From Planctomycetota bacterium (lineage in GTDB: Bacteria > Planctomycetota > Planctomycetia > Pirellulales > JADFKK01): 64,000 nucleotides of DNA. Within the stretch, counting starts at the first letter, position 1. Each line of letters starts with the position of its first letter. The notes under the pieces are model-generated. The model did no database searches, had not been told where the DNA came from, and saw nothing but the letters and a program-made list of their open reading frames with translations. The position numbers and the translations under genes are program-made. The stretch spans positions 1,352 through 65,351 of the forward strand of contig JADFKK010000005.1 in NCBI GenBank assembly GCA_022564995.1. The letters are read 5' to 3'. Shown here one piece after another: positions 17,507 through 27,228 of the stretch.

Positions 17507-20500
17507 TTACCGATTCCGACGGCTTGCTCTCGCTCGCCCGCTGCGGCTAGAGAGAGGGCCATCGAACACCGCATCGACCTCACCCGAACGCAGACGGTGG
17601 GCTGTGCGGCGATTCAACGTGTCGCTCGTTGTCGAGCTGCGATGGGCGCGACGGGCTTGCCGGCGGCTGCCGATCTGCTCAAACACCGCGTCGGTCGATT
17701 GCTGCGGAGAGCTGCCGGCGTCGTGTCGATCCGAATCGTCCGCAACCGTTATAGCCACTGCGGCCGCCAAGGGAGACGCCGCCGTGCCGGGTCCGGTCCA
17801 ATCGGACAGCAGCACCGTCAGGTCGCTGAAATCGACCTCGCTGCCGGCCGGGTCGACCAGATTTCCGTCGCTCGCCCCCACGTTTTGGTTCCAATGGGCC
17901 AGCAACATCGTCAGGTCCGCGAAGTCGACAAAGCCATCGCCGGTTAGGTCGGCGCTGTGCGGCGTGCTGACTTCGGTCCAATCAGAAAACTCCGATCCCA
18001 CGGCGTTGAATGCCTCGACCGACAACCAAACCAGAGTATCTGGCTTGAGACCAGAGAGCAAATGACTCGTCTCGTCGGCGCCCAACGCGGCGATTTCAAC
18101 GCCCCGTGTCCCGTCCCACTGATACAGCCGGTAACCGTCTTCGTATTGCGAATTGGTCCACGTAGCCAACACTTCGGTCGGCGAGAGGACCTCTAGCAGC
18201 AGCGACGCCGGCGAGGTGGGTGGGCTCGCGGGTGTAACGACTGCCTGCCATGGAGAAAACGCACTGCCGCTGTCGTTAAAGGCCTCGATCGAGTAGTGGT
18301 AACGGGTCGAACCGATAACGCCGGTGTGCGAAAACGCCGTTTCGTCCGCCGCCAGCGTGGCGATCAGCGTGGTTGTGCCGCCGACGTTGAGCCACACCTT
18401 GTAGCCCGCTTCGCCGGTCGAATCGATCCAAGAAACATCGACCTGATCGTGGGCTACCGGATTGAGAGTCATCGAACCGGGGCGGTTCGGGCGGGGTGTT
18501 GCGGGTGTGAGGGCCGCTTTCCACGACGAAAACGCGCTGCCGTCGCCGTTAAACGCTTCGATCGAGTAGCTGTATTGGGTCGAAGCGGCAACGCCCGTGT
18601 CGGAATACGTGGTTTCATTTTCGCCCAGCGTGGCGATCAGCACCGTTACGCCGCTGACGTTACGCCACACCTTGTAACCATCTTCGCCCAACGAATCGAT
18701 CCAGGAAACATCGACTTGATCGTGCGCGACCGGATCGAGCACGACTGAACCGGGCACGCTCGGGCGGAAAAATTCGGGCGGGCTGATCTCGACGAGAATT
18801 TCGTCGATGGCCCAGTCTGAGTTGTCGACAATCCGCAGCGCGAAGGAATGGAATTGACCGTCGCCAACAACCTGCACGTCAAACTCACTTGTCGAGCCGG
18901 AACACGCCTGAGCGACGCCGGAGAAGTTCTCAAACTGCACGCCGGGATCGGTCGAAATGACATTGACGTCAAACGACGTTGAGCATTGCCCGAGATAATC
19001 AAAGGAAACCGTCGTTCTGAACGCCTCGCCGGGGGCCAAGCTAACACGGATCTGTTCGGGGTTAACGGTCGAGACGATTTCGCCCGGGGCGATTGGCCCC
19101 GTCGCGGAGATGAACACCTCGAAAGTGCCAAGTTGCTGCGGAGCGACCGCGTTGCCGCTGATGTCGGTGACCTGGTTCGACTCGATATAAACCGTGTACG
19201 TGCCCGAGTCGACGGCATCCCAACTCCCACCCGGCGCCGAGACAAGGTAGTCGACCGCGAGTGAGACGCCCGACGACGCGCCGCTCGAAACAACCGCCGT
19301 GGCCAGTCTGCTAAAGCCATTCGGCCCGCTGATCCGCACGTCGAGGTTGTCGATGGACGAGGCGTCGACCGCTACGTTGTCGCGATAGTTGATCGTTAGC
19401 GCGCCGCTCGTGCCGCCGCCATGGGCGATGTGGGTGACTGAGCCCAGTTCAGCCTCGGGCGGCGTAGAATCCGCCACTCCGCCCAACAGGCTTAGCGTCA
19501 CGTCTGGATGATTGCCACTCAGACGCAAGTATCTTGCGTCGCCCAGCGTTCCTCGGACCGTTATCTCGGCCGCACCACTGGTTGCACTGTTCGAGGCCAA
19601 CACGTCGACGGTGTTGCTTGTCACGTCGAGCAACTCAATCGTCACATTGCCCGAGGCGGAGGCGGAGAGTTTCGCGGAGGCCGTCATGACCCCTTCCCAG
19701 CCCTCCGGCAGCGAGACCAGCACTTCGCCCGCCGTCAGATCCAACGACGAAAGCACCCCGCCGGGCATGGCGATTCCGCCCGGAGCGGAAGAGGCCAGAA
19801 AGACACGACCCGACAAGTCGAGCACGAAATTGGCCCGCAGCCCCAACTCGCCGAAGTTAAACTCGGTCGCGTCGTCTCCGCTGCCCATGATGATGTTGGT
19901 GAATTGGTCGTTTCCGACAACGACCGGATCGCTCGGCGGATTGGAGTTACCCGTGCCGAGCGCCTCGAGTCCGTCGATGAGGATGTCGGGCTGGACCGCG
20001 GTGATTTCATAGACGCCGGGCGGCACGATGTCGACGCCGGGCGTTTCTTCGAGCTTGTAAAAACCGTTCGCGTCGGTAAGCAGCGGTTTCGAGAACGTAA
20101 ACGACCCGTCGACTTTCGTAATGCGCACCAGCACGTCGCTGATGGGTAGTTCGTTGGGCTGGCGTATTCGATCGTTATTAAAATCGATGTAGGCATAACC
20201 GGAAATGGTAATCGGTTGACCGACGCGGACCGAAACCGTGGCTTCGTTGCTCGGCAGATCGCTCTCGCCCGGAATCGTCGATCCGTTGTCGAAGACGCGA
20301 TAGGTGAACGTATCAGCGCCGGCAAAGCCAAGATTAGGCGTGTAGGTAACGGTTCCATCGGCATTGGGAGTAGCGGTGCCGTCATTGGCCGGAGTGAGAA
20401 TCTCGATGCTGTCGAGCCGTAGCGAAGTTTCCGGATCGACGTCGATGTCGTTATCCAACACAGAGATGTCAAACGGCACGTCGATATCGTTACTGCTGGC

Positions 20501-23500
20501 AAAGTCATCCACCGCCACCGGCGAATCGTTCACGAAGAGAATAGTAATATCAACGGTGGCGACGTTCGACGTCGAGCCGTCAAGATCGGCAACCGTGTAG
20601 GTGAACGAATCGGAACCGTTGAATTCCGGATTGGAGAGGTAGGTCACTTCGCCGGTGACCGCGTTGATCGACGTAATCACGCCGCTCGTCGGCTGACTGA
20701 CGATCGTTACCGTGCTGGCGTCGAGCCCGCCAAAGGGCGGCGGATCGGGGTCGAAGTCGTTGCCCAACACGTCGATCACCACCGACACGTCTTCGTCGGT
20801 CGTCGGGGTATCGCCCACAGCCGTGGGCGGCGCATTGACGCGCACGTCGACGGTGGCCGGCGCCGAAGTCAACGGCGGCGTGTCGGTATCGCTGACTCGA
20901 TAGGTAAACGAGTCCATCCCCGTGAATCCCGCGTTGGGCACATACGTGATGGTGCCGTCGGGATTGGCGGTCGCGGTGCCGTTTCCGGCCGACGAGACAA
21001 TCACGGTCGAGGGGTCGATGACGTTCAGCGGGTCGTCCGGATCGAAGGCGCTGGTCAATACGTCAATCGTGATCGACTCGTCCATGTCGGTCACAACCGA
21101 TGCTTCAAACGTCACCGGCGGATCGGGCAGATTCATCACGAAGATGGTAACGGATGCATTGTTCGACGTGCCGCCGATGGAGTTGCCGACGTTGTAGCGG
21201 AACGTATCAGTTCCGAAGAAATTCAAATCAGGCGTATACGTGGCGACCCCGGCCGCGTTGACCGTGACCGAGCCGTTGGTCGGCTGTCCGGCGATCTGCA
21301 CGCTGCTCGGAACAATCACATCGTCGCCCGGGTCGTCGTTGTTCAAAAGGTCGATGGTCACCGCCACTTCTTCGTTGGTCGTGGCCTGATCGTCTCGTGC
21401 CCGAGGCGGTTCGGGAAACAGAATCCGCAGTTCGTACGAACCCAACTCGCCCAGCTCGCCTTGGGACGAGACCTCGACCAAATAATTGTCGCGGCGCACG
21501 AGGTCGAGCATGATTTCGGAGTCGAAAGCGCCGACGGGACTCGATTGGCCGAGCAGTTCCCCGCTGTCGGCGTCGAACACGCGCAGCTGCGTGTCGAGAT
21601 TGTTGATGTATTCGTTGACGTCGACCTTGATCGTCACCGGGCCGTCGCGATTGACCTGAAACTGGAAGTAATCAAGGTCCGCCAGTTCGGAAATCACGCC
21701 CTCGACCGACGCCGATTGACTCAATCGCCCCAGGGTGCTCGGTCCCAACAACGGGTCGGAAATGTGATCGTCCAATCGGAAATCGATCGAATTTTCGACG
21801 GCAACTCCGCCGCCCTGGTCTTCCGGGTCATTGCGGCCGACGACCCGCGCCACGTCGTTCTGAACGCGGTTGGGATCGGCCAGCGACTCCCAGTCGCAAG
21901 GCCGGCCCTGTCCCCAGGTAACGCGATTAAGGCCCATCGTCAGGCGGTGGGGCATGTCCGGTCCGCCTTCCCAGGGCACGCTCCGGAACGGAGTCCAAGG
22001 GTTGATGGGATTGTCGTGCGGTCGCCAAGTGCCGCCGTCGACAATCTCACCGGTTGACCCGCCGCTGGTGCAAGCCCAGTCGTGAGCAATCGGGAAGGGA
22101 GGGTGGAGCCACCGATCACCCCGGTCATGTATTCCCGGAGCGAAGGTCTCCTGCATGATGAAGTTATTGCGTGGCCCGTCGAGTAGGAATTTTCGCATTC
22201 CCAAGGCCTGGCCGAACTGCATCGAGATCGTGTTGGCGATCTGCACCGGCTGAGCCATGATACGGCCCGAGTTGGGCGTGTCGCCAAAGTTCAGATCGGT
22301 GAAGGTGTTGTGATTGTTGGCGAAGATATAGCCAAGTTGATCGTTGCGCTGGGCGTTGGGGCCGCGCCAAACATCGTCGCCCCCTTCTGCCCAGGAGTCG
22401 AACGCCGCGGCGCCCATCAACGTGGGCGCTCTGATATTGCAGTCGTGACAAGTCACGTCTTCATCAAATCCTATGCTGAATTCGTCGTCCTCATCGATGC
22501 CGTTCGGCCAATTGAAATTTTCCGGACTGTACGAAGTGACCAGCATTCGGAACGACTCGCCGTCGCGGAAGACGCCGCCGGTCAGATCCTCGGTCGTCAC
22601 GTTGATGTCGAACGGCTTGAAATCCTCAGCCACGATCGACCAAATGTTCTTGATCGCCAATCGTTCGGCGGGTGAAAACAGCGGGCGCGACTTCCGGTCT
22701 TTGGATGTGAAATAGTCCTGGCCCTCTTGTAGAACCTCGCCCGTAAACGGGTCGATGATCTCGGGGATCTCGTCGTAAGCACCGGCGTTGAGTCGGTCGT
22801 CGAAGTTGAACGAGAAAAAGTCATTCGGCTCTGCACGGCGATCGAACTCGCCGAAGAAGTCGAGATAGAGCAAATTCGTGTTCGGCGGATCGATGCCCGC
22901 GGGTGGCGAGACGGGATTGCCGTCGGGGCGCACCAAACTGTTAAGCGCGGGCGGCAGAGCGGTAAAGTTTCGGTCGGCGAGAATCCGCAGTTCGTAAGGT
23001 CCGGTGCTGTCACCGACACTTTCGACTTGAATCGCGTAATCTCCCCGTTCCAACTCGACATACATCGACGAGTCCAAAACATTTTTGCTGCCCGACTGTC
23101 CCAAAACTTGCGAACTCCTTAGCGCCGTTCCTCCTGGATTGGGACCGATGTCGACGTAATCCGGAATGGTCGGCGTGATGAATCCCTCGAAGTCGTAACC
23201 GTCGTCGTTTTGGGCGATCTGCACCCACACGTCGTCGTCGTCGAGTTTGAAGAGCGTGATCTGCGTATCGAGAGTGTTGCCGGGAACGAATTCGGGAGTT
23301 GGCGTGTTGATCAGCTGCGCGTCGATGTCGAAAAACACGCCGGCGACTGTGCCGCGAGTCAATTCGAACGTGAAGAAGTCGACGTCCCCGGCCGTAGTGA
23401 TCTCGCCTTCGATGGCGGTCCAATCGTCGTGCTCGGCAACCAGGATGTCCTCGACGACGACAGCACCTAAGTCAGTCGCCGTCTCGAGCGTGTTGTTCGG

Positions 23501-23746
23501 TTCGATTTCCAGACCCACGGCAAGCATCTGCCGCAACTCCAGCGGCTCGAACGAGCGACCCGCCCGTCGGCGGCGAAGCGGTCGCGAATCTCGTGACACC
23601 GGGTAGATCCAACGCTCCGCCAAATTGGCCGCGAGCGCCGCAATCGGGCTCAACAAGCCAACGCGCGGTTGGACCGCGATACTCGTCTTGTGACGGCGAC
23701 CCGTTATGGTCCGACCACTGCTCTTCTGCTGTTTGCGTTTGCGCAT
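17507..23746 (-). CDS. giant secreted multidomain protein (PPC domains, degenerate metzincin-like domain, cadherin/Ig-like repeats, Cna-B/SdrD-like domain, 3x FN3, dockerin-like C-terminus)
   Basis: 2079 aa. N-terminal RRRRAGRSFEPLELRQMLA motif. NNTLETATDLG...DVDFFTFEL (pre-peptidase C-terminal-type). Repeats of the type DDxAT(T/D)xEDVxVxIDVLxND. ISGYAYIDFNNDRIRQ (SdrD B-like). Three FN3 units (about 18000-18770). DLTGDGFVDFADLTMLLAHW...VDFSDLTVLLSDW (dockerin/EF-hand-like pair, 17792-17950). Confidence 0.9.
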   Translation of the reverse strand: MRKRKQQKSSGRTITGRRHKTSIAVQPRVGLLSPIAALAANLAERWIYPVSRDSRPLRRRRAGRSFEPLELRQMLAVGLEIEPNNTLETATDLGAVVVEDILVAEHDDWTAIEGEITTAGDVDFFTFELTRGTVAGVFFDIDAQLINTPTPEFVPGNTLDTQITLFKLDDDDVWVQIAQNDDGYDFEGFITPTIPDYVDIGPNPGGTALRSSQVLGQSGSKNVLDSSMYVELERGDYAIQVESVGDSTGPYELRILADRNFTALPPALNSLVRPDGNPVSPPAGIDPPNTNLLYLDFFGEFDRRAEPNDFFSFNFDDRLNAGAYDEIPEIIDPFTGEVLQEGQDYFTSKDRKSRPLFSPAERLAIKNIWSIVAEDFKPFDINVTTEDLTGGVFRDGESFRMLVTSYSPENFNWPNGIDEDDEFSIGFDEDVTCHDCNIRAPTLMGAAAFDSWAEGGDDVWRGPNAQRNDQLGYIFANNHNTFTDLNFGDTPNSGRIMAQPVQIANTISMQFGQALGMRKFLLDGPRNNFIMQETFAPGIHDRGDRWLHPPFPIAHDWACTSGGSTGEIVDGGTWRPHDNPINPWTPFRSVPWEGGPDMPHRLTMGLNRVTWGQGRPCDWESLADPNRVQNDVARVVGRNDPEDQGGGVAVENSIDFRLDDHISDPLLGPSTLGRLSQSASVEGVISELADLDYFQFQVNRDGPVTIKVDVNEYINNLDTQLRVFDADSGELLGQSSPVGAFDSEIMLDLVRRDNYLVEVSSQGELGELGSYELRILFPEPPRARDDQATTNEEVAVTIDLLNNDDPGDDVIVPSSVQIAGQPTNGSVTVNAAGVATYTPDLNFFGTDTFRYNVGNSIGGTSNNASVTIFVMNLPDPPVTFEASVVTDMDESITIDVLTSAFDPDDPLNVIDPSTVIVSSAGNGTATANPDGTITYVPNAGFTGMDSFTYRVSDTDTPPLTSAPATVDVRVNAPPTAVGDTPTTDEDVSVVIDVLGNDFDPDPPPFGGLDASTVTIVSQPTSGVITSINAVTGEVTYLSNPEFNGSDSFTYTVADLDGSTSNVATVDITILFVNDSPVAVDDFASSNDIDVPFDISVLDNDIDVDPETSLRLDSIEILTPANDGTATPNADGTVTYTPNLGFAGADTFTYRVFDNGSTIPGESDLPSNEATVSVRVGQPITISGYAYIDFNNDRIRQPNELPISDVLVRITKVDGSFTFSKPLLTDANGFYKLEETPGVDIVPPGVYEITAVQPDILIDGLEALGTGNSNPPSDPVVVGNDQFTNIIMGSGDDATEFNFGELGLRANFVLDLSGRVFLASSAPGGIAMPGGVLSSLDLTAGEVLVSLPEGWEGVMTASAKLSASASGNVTIELLDVTSNTVDVLASNSATSGAAEITVRGTLGDARYLRLSGNHPDVTLSLLGGVADSTPPEAELGSVTHIAHGGGTSGALTINYRDNVAVDASSIDNLDVRISGPNGFSRLATAVVSSGASSGVSLAVDYLVSAPGGSWDAVDSGTYTVYIESNQVTDISGNAVAPQQLGTFEVFISATGPIAPGEIVSTVNPEQIRVSLAPGEAFRTTVSFDYLGQCSTSFDVNVISTDPGVQFENFSGVAQACSGSTSEFDVQVVGDGQFHSFALRIVDNSDWAIDEILVEISPPEFFRPSVPGSVVLDPVAHDQVDVSWIDSLGEDGYKVWRNVSGVTVLIATLGENETTYSDTGVAASTQYSYSIEAFNGDGSAFSSWKAALTPATPRPNRPGSMTLNPVAHDQVDVSWIDSTGEAGYKVWLNVGGTTTLIATLAADETAFSHTGVIGSTRYHYSIEAFNDSGSAFSPWQAVVTPASPPTSPASLLLEVLSPTEVLATWTNSQYEDGYRLYQWDGTRGVEIAALGADETSHLLSGLKPDTLVWLSVEAFNAVGSEFSDWTEVSTPHSADLTGDGFVDFADLTMLLAHWNQNVGASDGNLVDPAGSEVDFSDLTVLLSDWTGPGTAASPLAAAVAITVADDSDRHDAGSSPQQSTDAVFEQIGSRRQARRAHRSSTTSDTLNRRTAHRLRSGEVDAVFDGPLSSRSGRARASRRNR

Positions 23747-24155
23747 CGTAAGAACGTCCCATGCCGTGCGGTTTTATGCCTCTGAACTAAATAAGGACCA
23801 CCCACTCTCAGTGCGTTTCGGCCTCGGTCGTTGGACGCATCGAAGGGGGGGAATGTTTCCGGAAAACCGGAAATCCCAGTATATTTAATGTAATTGCAAT
23901 GGCTCCCGAAATCAACAAAATCGGCAGCTTCATTACAATTTTACGCCGAGGCAAAATGCTCCCGGAACGGGGGGTGAATGTGGCGAGGCGCCGGGACCGT
24001 TCGGCCGCTACGCTGCCCACGCCCCATCGGCCCGCCAGAGAAAGACACCGTGAGCCGTTTCTGCGACGGCCGGTGAGCGAGCCGAATCCGCCCCGCTGCT
24101 ACCCATCATGTCAGTCGTAACACTTTACATAGCAATAGGTTACGATGGTCCTTTT

Positions 24156-25316
24156 CTATTCCACCGGCGGGCACTTAGCGTACGAACCGAGCACTTCCAG
24201 CCGAGTGGCCTTTTTTTCCAGCGAGGCGATGGCCCGGCGGACCTTCAGGTCGCTCTCGTGGCCTTCAAATTCGACGAAAAACAGATAGCCGCCGTCTGAG
24301 CCGGGAATCGGGAACGATTCGATCCAGGTCAGGTTCAGCCGGCTGCGCTTGAAAATCGCCATCACATCGGCCAGCGAGCCGGCCCGATGCGGGATGCCGT
24401 ACATCAACGCCGTTTTGTCGTTGCGGGTTTTCTTGGCCGATGTGTCGCCCAGCACCGCAAATCGGGTGACGTTTTCGGGATTGTCTTCGATGCTCGATGC
24501 CAACACCTGCAGGCCGTAATGCACACCGGCCTGCATGCTGGCGATGGCCGCCACGCCTGGCTTGTCGTGGGCAAGCTGCGCCGCGGTCGAGGTGCTGGTG
24601 ACTTCGATCACCCGCGCGCCCGGCAAATGACGGCTAAGCCAGTTACGACACTGCGAGACGGCCTGCGGCTTGCTGTAAACTTCCTGCACTTCGCTGCGCC
24701 GGCAGCGGCCAAGCAGGTGATGGTGAATCGCTAGCTGTACCTCGCCACAGATGCGGACCGGCAGCCTTGTGAACATGTCGAGCGTGTCGACGACGCGCCC
24801 ATCGGTCGAGTTTTCGATCGGCACGACGCCGTAATCGGCCTGTCCACGGTTAACTTCCTCGAACACCGCGCGGATGCTGCCGACCGGAACCAACTCAACA
24901 CTTTCGCCGAAGCGCTCGATGGCCGCCAGATGCGTGTAGCTGTATTCGGGGCCGAGGTAACAGGCCCGGATGCGCCGCTCCAGTGATCGCGATCCGCTGA
25001 TCAACTCACGAAACACGGCCCGCACACAACGGTCCGGCAACGGGCCTTTGCTCGATCCGACCGCCTGGGCAAGCACCTCGCTCTCGCGCCCCGGATCGTA
25101 AGCGTCGTCTCCGGCGGAATCCTTGAGCTTGCCGACCTCCAGAGCAAGCTTGGCCCGCTCGTTGGCCAAACCGACCAGTTCGCGGTCGATCTTGTCGATC
25201 TGTGTGCGCAGCGCAGCGATGCTCGGCGAGCGCGCAGCGGGAACAGCGGCCTTCTTGGCCTTCTTCTTTACGGCCGGCTTTTTCTTGGCCGGCTTGGTGG
25301 CTTTCTTTTTGGACAT
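24156..25316 (-). CDS. pheA: bifunctional chorismate mutase / prephenate dehydratase (P-protein) with lysine-rich N-terminal extension
   Basis: 386 aa from ATG 25316. CM_2 helix region (LRTQIDKIDRELVGLANERAKLA). PDT domain (YLGPEYSYTHLAA, IENSTDGRV). ACT domain with ESFP-type motif (TWIESFPIPG). The track ORF extension to 25448 is not used. Confidence 0.9.
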   Translation of the reverse strand: MSKKKATKPAKKKPAVKKKAKKAAVPAARSPSIAALRTQIDKIDRELVGLANERAKLALEVGKLKDSAGDDAYDPGRESEVLAQAVGSSKGPLPDRCVRAVFRELISGSRSLERRIRACYLGPEYSYTHLAAIERFGESVELVPVGSIRAVFEEVNRGQADYGVVPIENSTDGRVVDTLDMFTRLPVRICGEVQLAIHHHLLGRCRRSEVQEVYSKPQAVSQCRNWLSRHLPGARVIEVTSTSTAAQLAHDKPGVAAIASMQAGVHYGLQVLASSIEDNPENVTRFAVLGDTSAKKTRNDKTALMYGIPHRAGSLADVMAIFKRSRLNLTWIESFPIPGSDGGYLFFVEFEGHESDLKVRRAIASLEKKATRLEVLGSYAKCPPVE

Positions 25317-25772
25317 CTGGATCAATTGTAGCGTTCGGTGGTACGTTGTGAGAGTGACCCCGCTGTGCGGTAGTGGTACAGTTTGAATCAATGTTAGGAA
25401 AAAATGGCCAGGATCGTTATTGCCCGGCGAGCCGCATTCTGCGAACATCCCGCCCCATCCCAGACAACCTTCATCGCGCAGAGATAGCCAGTCAGTAAAG
25501 GACGACGCCCGTAGCTGGGAGGTAAAAGAGCAGATCGTTCAAGATGAAGTCACTGGGCTAACTTGTATTCGTCGAGCAATTCTTTCTCGCGTGCTATGGG
25601 CCGGCCGCCAAGACGCGGGCCACTCTGCCTGCAACGGAACAGAATGTGGCAAGTCGTGAGCCAGTGTAGAGCGATAAAGAGAACAGAAGGTTCGGGCGTC
25701 ATGCCTGTTTATTGGCGATGTGCCCGTGTACAATATCCATATTCTCCTCACCCCCATTGCTAGGTGCCTCAA

Positions 25773-26612
25773 ATGGCGATTGACCACAACGATCGCTTGA
25801 AAGTCCAGATCACTAGCACGCGCGATAACGTGAACGCGGATGCTTTCCTGGAGGTTTTTCAGAATACGCTTGCGTTGCTAAAGTCCATCAACAGGCAGCA
25901 ATCGGAATTCGGAAGCGAGGACGTCGAGTGGGAAATTGCTGATGCTGGGCTAAACAGCCCGATTTTTGCGGACATCACGGGTGTCGAAAAGACTTCGCGC
26001 AACGGCAGTTCTGCGCCAGAGGTGATTGGTGCGCTTCTTCAAGGAATGCAACACCTGGAAACCAATAATACCTGCCCAAAGTTCTTCGGGGAGGAGTCGC
26101 TGACCTATGCGACAAATCTCGTTCACGCATTTGCCCGTGGTGTCACCGACATTCGGTATTCTGCGGGGACGCTAGAATCGCACGCGACGCACAGCATGTC
26201 TCAGAATGCGAATCATGCGATACAAACTCTCGAACAGCGCCGAGCCAAGAAATCCGGCCAGTATATAGAAGTCGGCACTATCGAGGGCAGGTTGCGGGGG
26301 GCCACCGAATTTAAGCGCAGGGACAAGATTGACATTGTCGATGCGCTGACTGGTGACACCACCCCATGCTATTGCGAAGGCGAACGCCTGGACGCCCTTG
26401 TGCGAAAAGCCTGGAAGCACCGCGTGTCTGTCAGCGGAAAAATCACGGTAGACCGCTACACCGGAAAGCCGACAAAAATGATCGTTGAAGATATTCGCAT
26501 CCTTGGCGAAGGGGATCTTCCTAAGATGGAAGATTTGCACGGCATTGATATTACCCACGGCGTTGAATCTTCCGATTACGTCAGGGATTTGCGCAATGCC
26601 GAAGAAGCCTGA
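25773..26612 (+). CDS. hypothetical protein, upstream partner of the PIN toxin gene
   Basis: About 279 aa from ATG 25773 (the track ORF begins at GTG 25764). The 3' end overlaps the PIN gene start by 17 nt. No family or DNA-binding motif recognised. AT-richer than flanking genes. Confidence 0.55.
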   Translation: MAIDHNDRLKVQITSTRDNVNADAFLEVFQNTLALLKSINRQQSEFGSEDVEWEIADAGLNSPIFADITGVEKTSRNGSSAPEVIGALLQGMQHLETNNTCPKFFGEESLTYATNLVHAFARGVTDIRYSAGTLESHATHSMSQNANHAIQTLEQRRAKKSGQYIEVGTIEGRLRGATEFKRRDKIDIVDALTGDTTPCYCEGERLDALVRKAWKHRVSVSGKITVDRYTGKPTKMIVEDIRILGEGDLPKMEDLHGIDITHGVESSDYVRDLRNAEEA

Positions 26613-27099
26613 GCGAATCTACTGGGACAGTTGCGTTTATATTTCGTGCATCGAAAAAACGCCCGGGCGATATCCAGTTCTGCGGGACATCCTGGATGAT
26701 GCCGAGTCCGGCAAAGTGCTATTCGTTGCCTCTGCATTCATTATCGCCGAAGTAAACAAATTCGACGACCCAACAGCGTCCGCAGCAGAGCAAGCCGAGA
26801 AACTTAGAAAGTTTTTCGAGAACGACTATATCGAGATTCGCGCGATGGATCGGCGTACCGCGGAATTGGCCGCGGACATAAGCAGGACTCATCGCATTAA
26901 GCCGCCGGATGCCGTCCATGTCGCAACGGCGATTCTATCCCAGTGCTCGTGCTTGCAAACGTATGACGGCGACAAGGGCGAGGCCAGAAAACTCTTGGCA
27001 TTCAATGCCAAAATAGGAAGTCCGCCCTTGACTATCGAGGTTCCGCAAGTCCGGTCCAATCCAGACCAGTCGATACTGCCAGGCATGGACGAAAAGTAG
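26596..27099 (+). CDS. PIN-domain ribonuclease (VapC-like toxin)
   Basis: 167 aa from ATG 26596. Four conserved acidic positions in PIN spacing: D10 (YWDSCV), E51 (IIAEV), D104 (PPDAVHVATA), D123 (QTYDGD). Confidence 0.8.
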   Translation: MPKKPERIYWDSCVYISCIEKTPGRYPVLRDILDDAESGKVLFVASAFIIAEVNKFDDPTASAAEQAEKLRKFFENDYIEIRAMDRRTAELAADISRTHRIKPPDAVHVATAILSQCSCLQTYDGDKGEARKLLAFNAKIGSPPLTIEVPQVRSNPDQSILPGMDEK

Positions 27100-27228
27100 C
27101 CCTTCCCCTCCCCCGCCCCGGACAAGATAGCGGCAGCTTTTCAAACTTCCCGCCGCTTCTCTCTAGCAACGGCTGAAACGGTATCACTACCCGCTGTGCT
27201 TCACGAATTTCTTGATCGATTTCAACGC

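Noticed and set aside
23747-24155. Small ORFs and an AT-rich patch (about 23880-23950) upstream of the 2079-aa gene, considered as a hidden small gene or sRNA.
   Set aside because: There is no conserved motif, no convincing structure or terminator, and the ORFs are short and in mixed frames. It is most simply the promoter/leader region of the giant gene.
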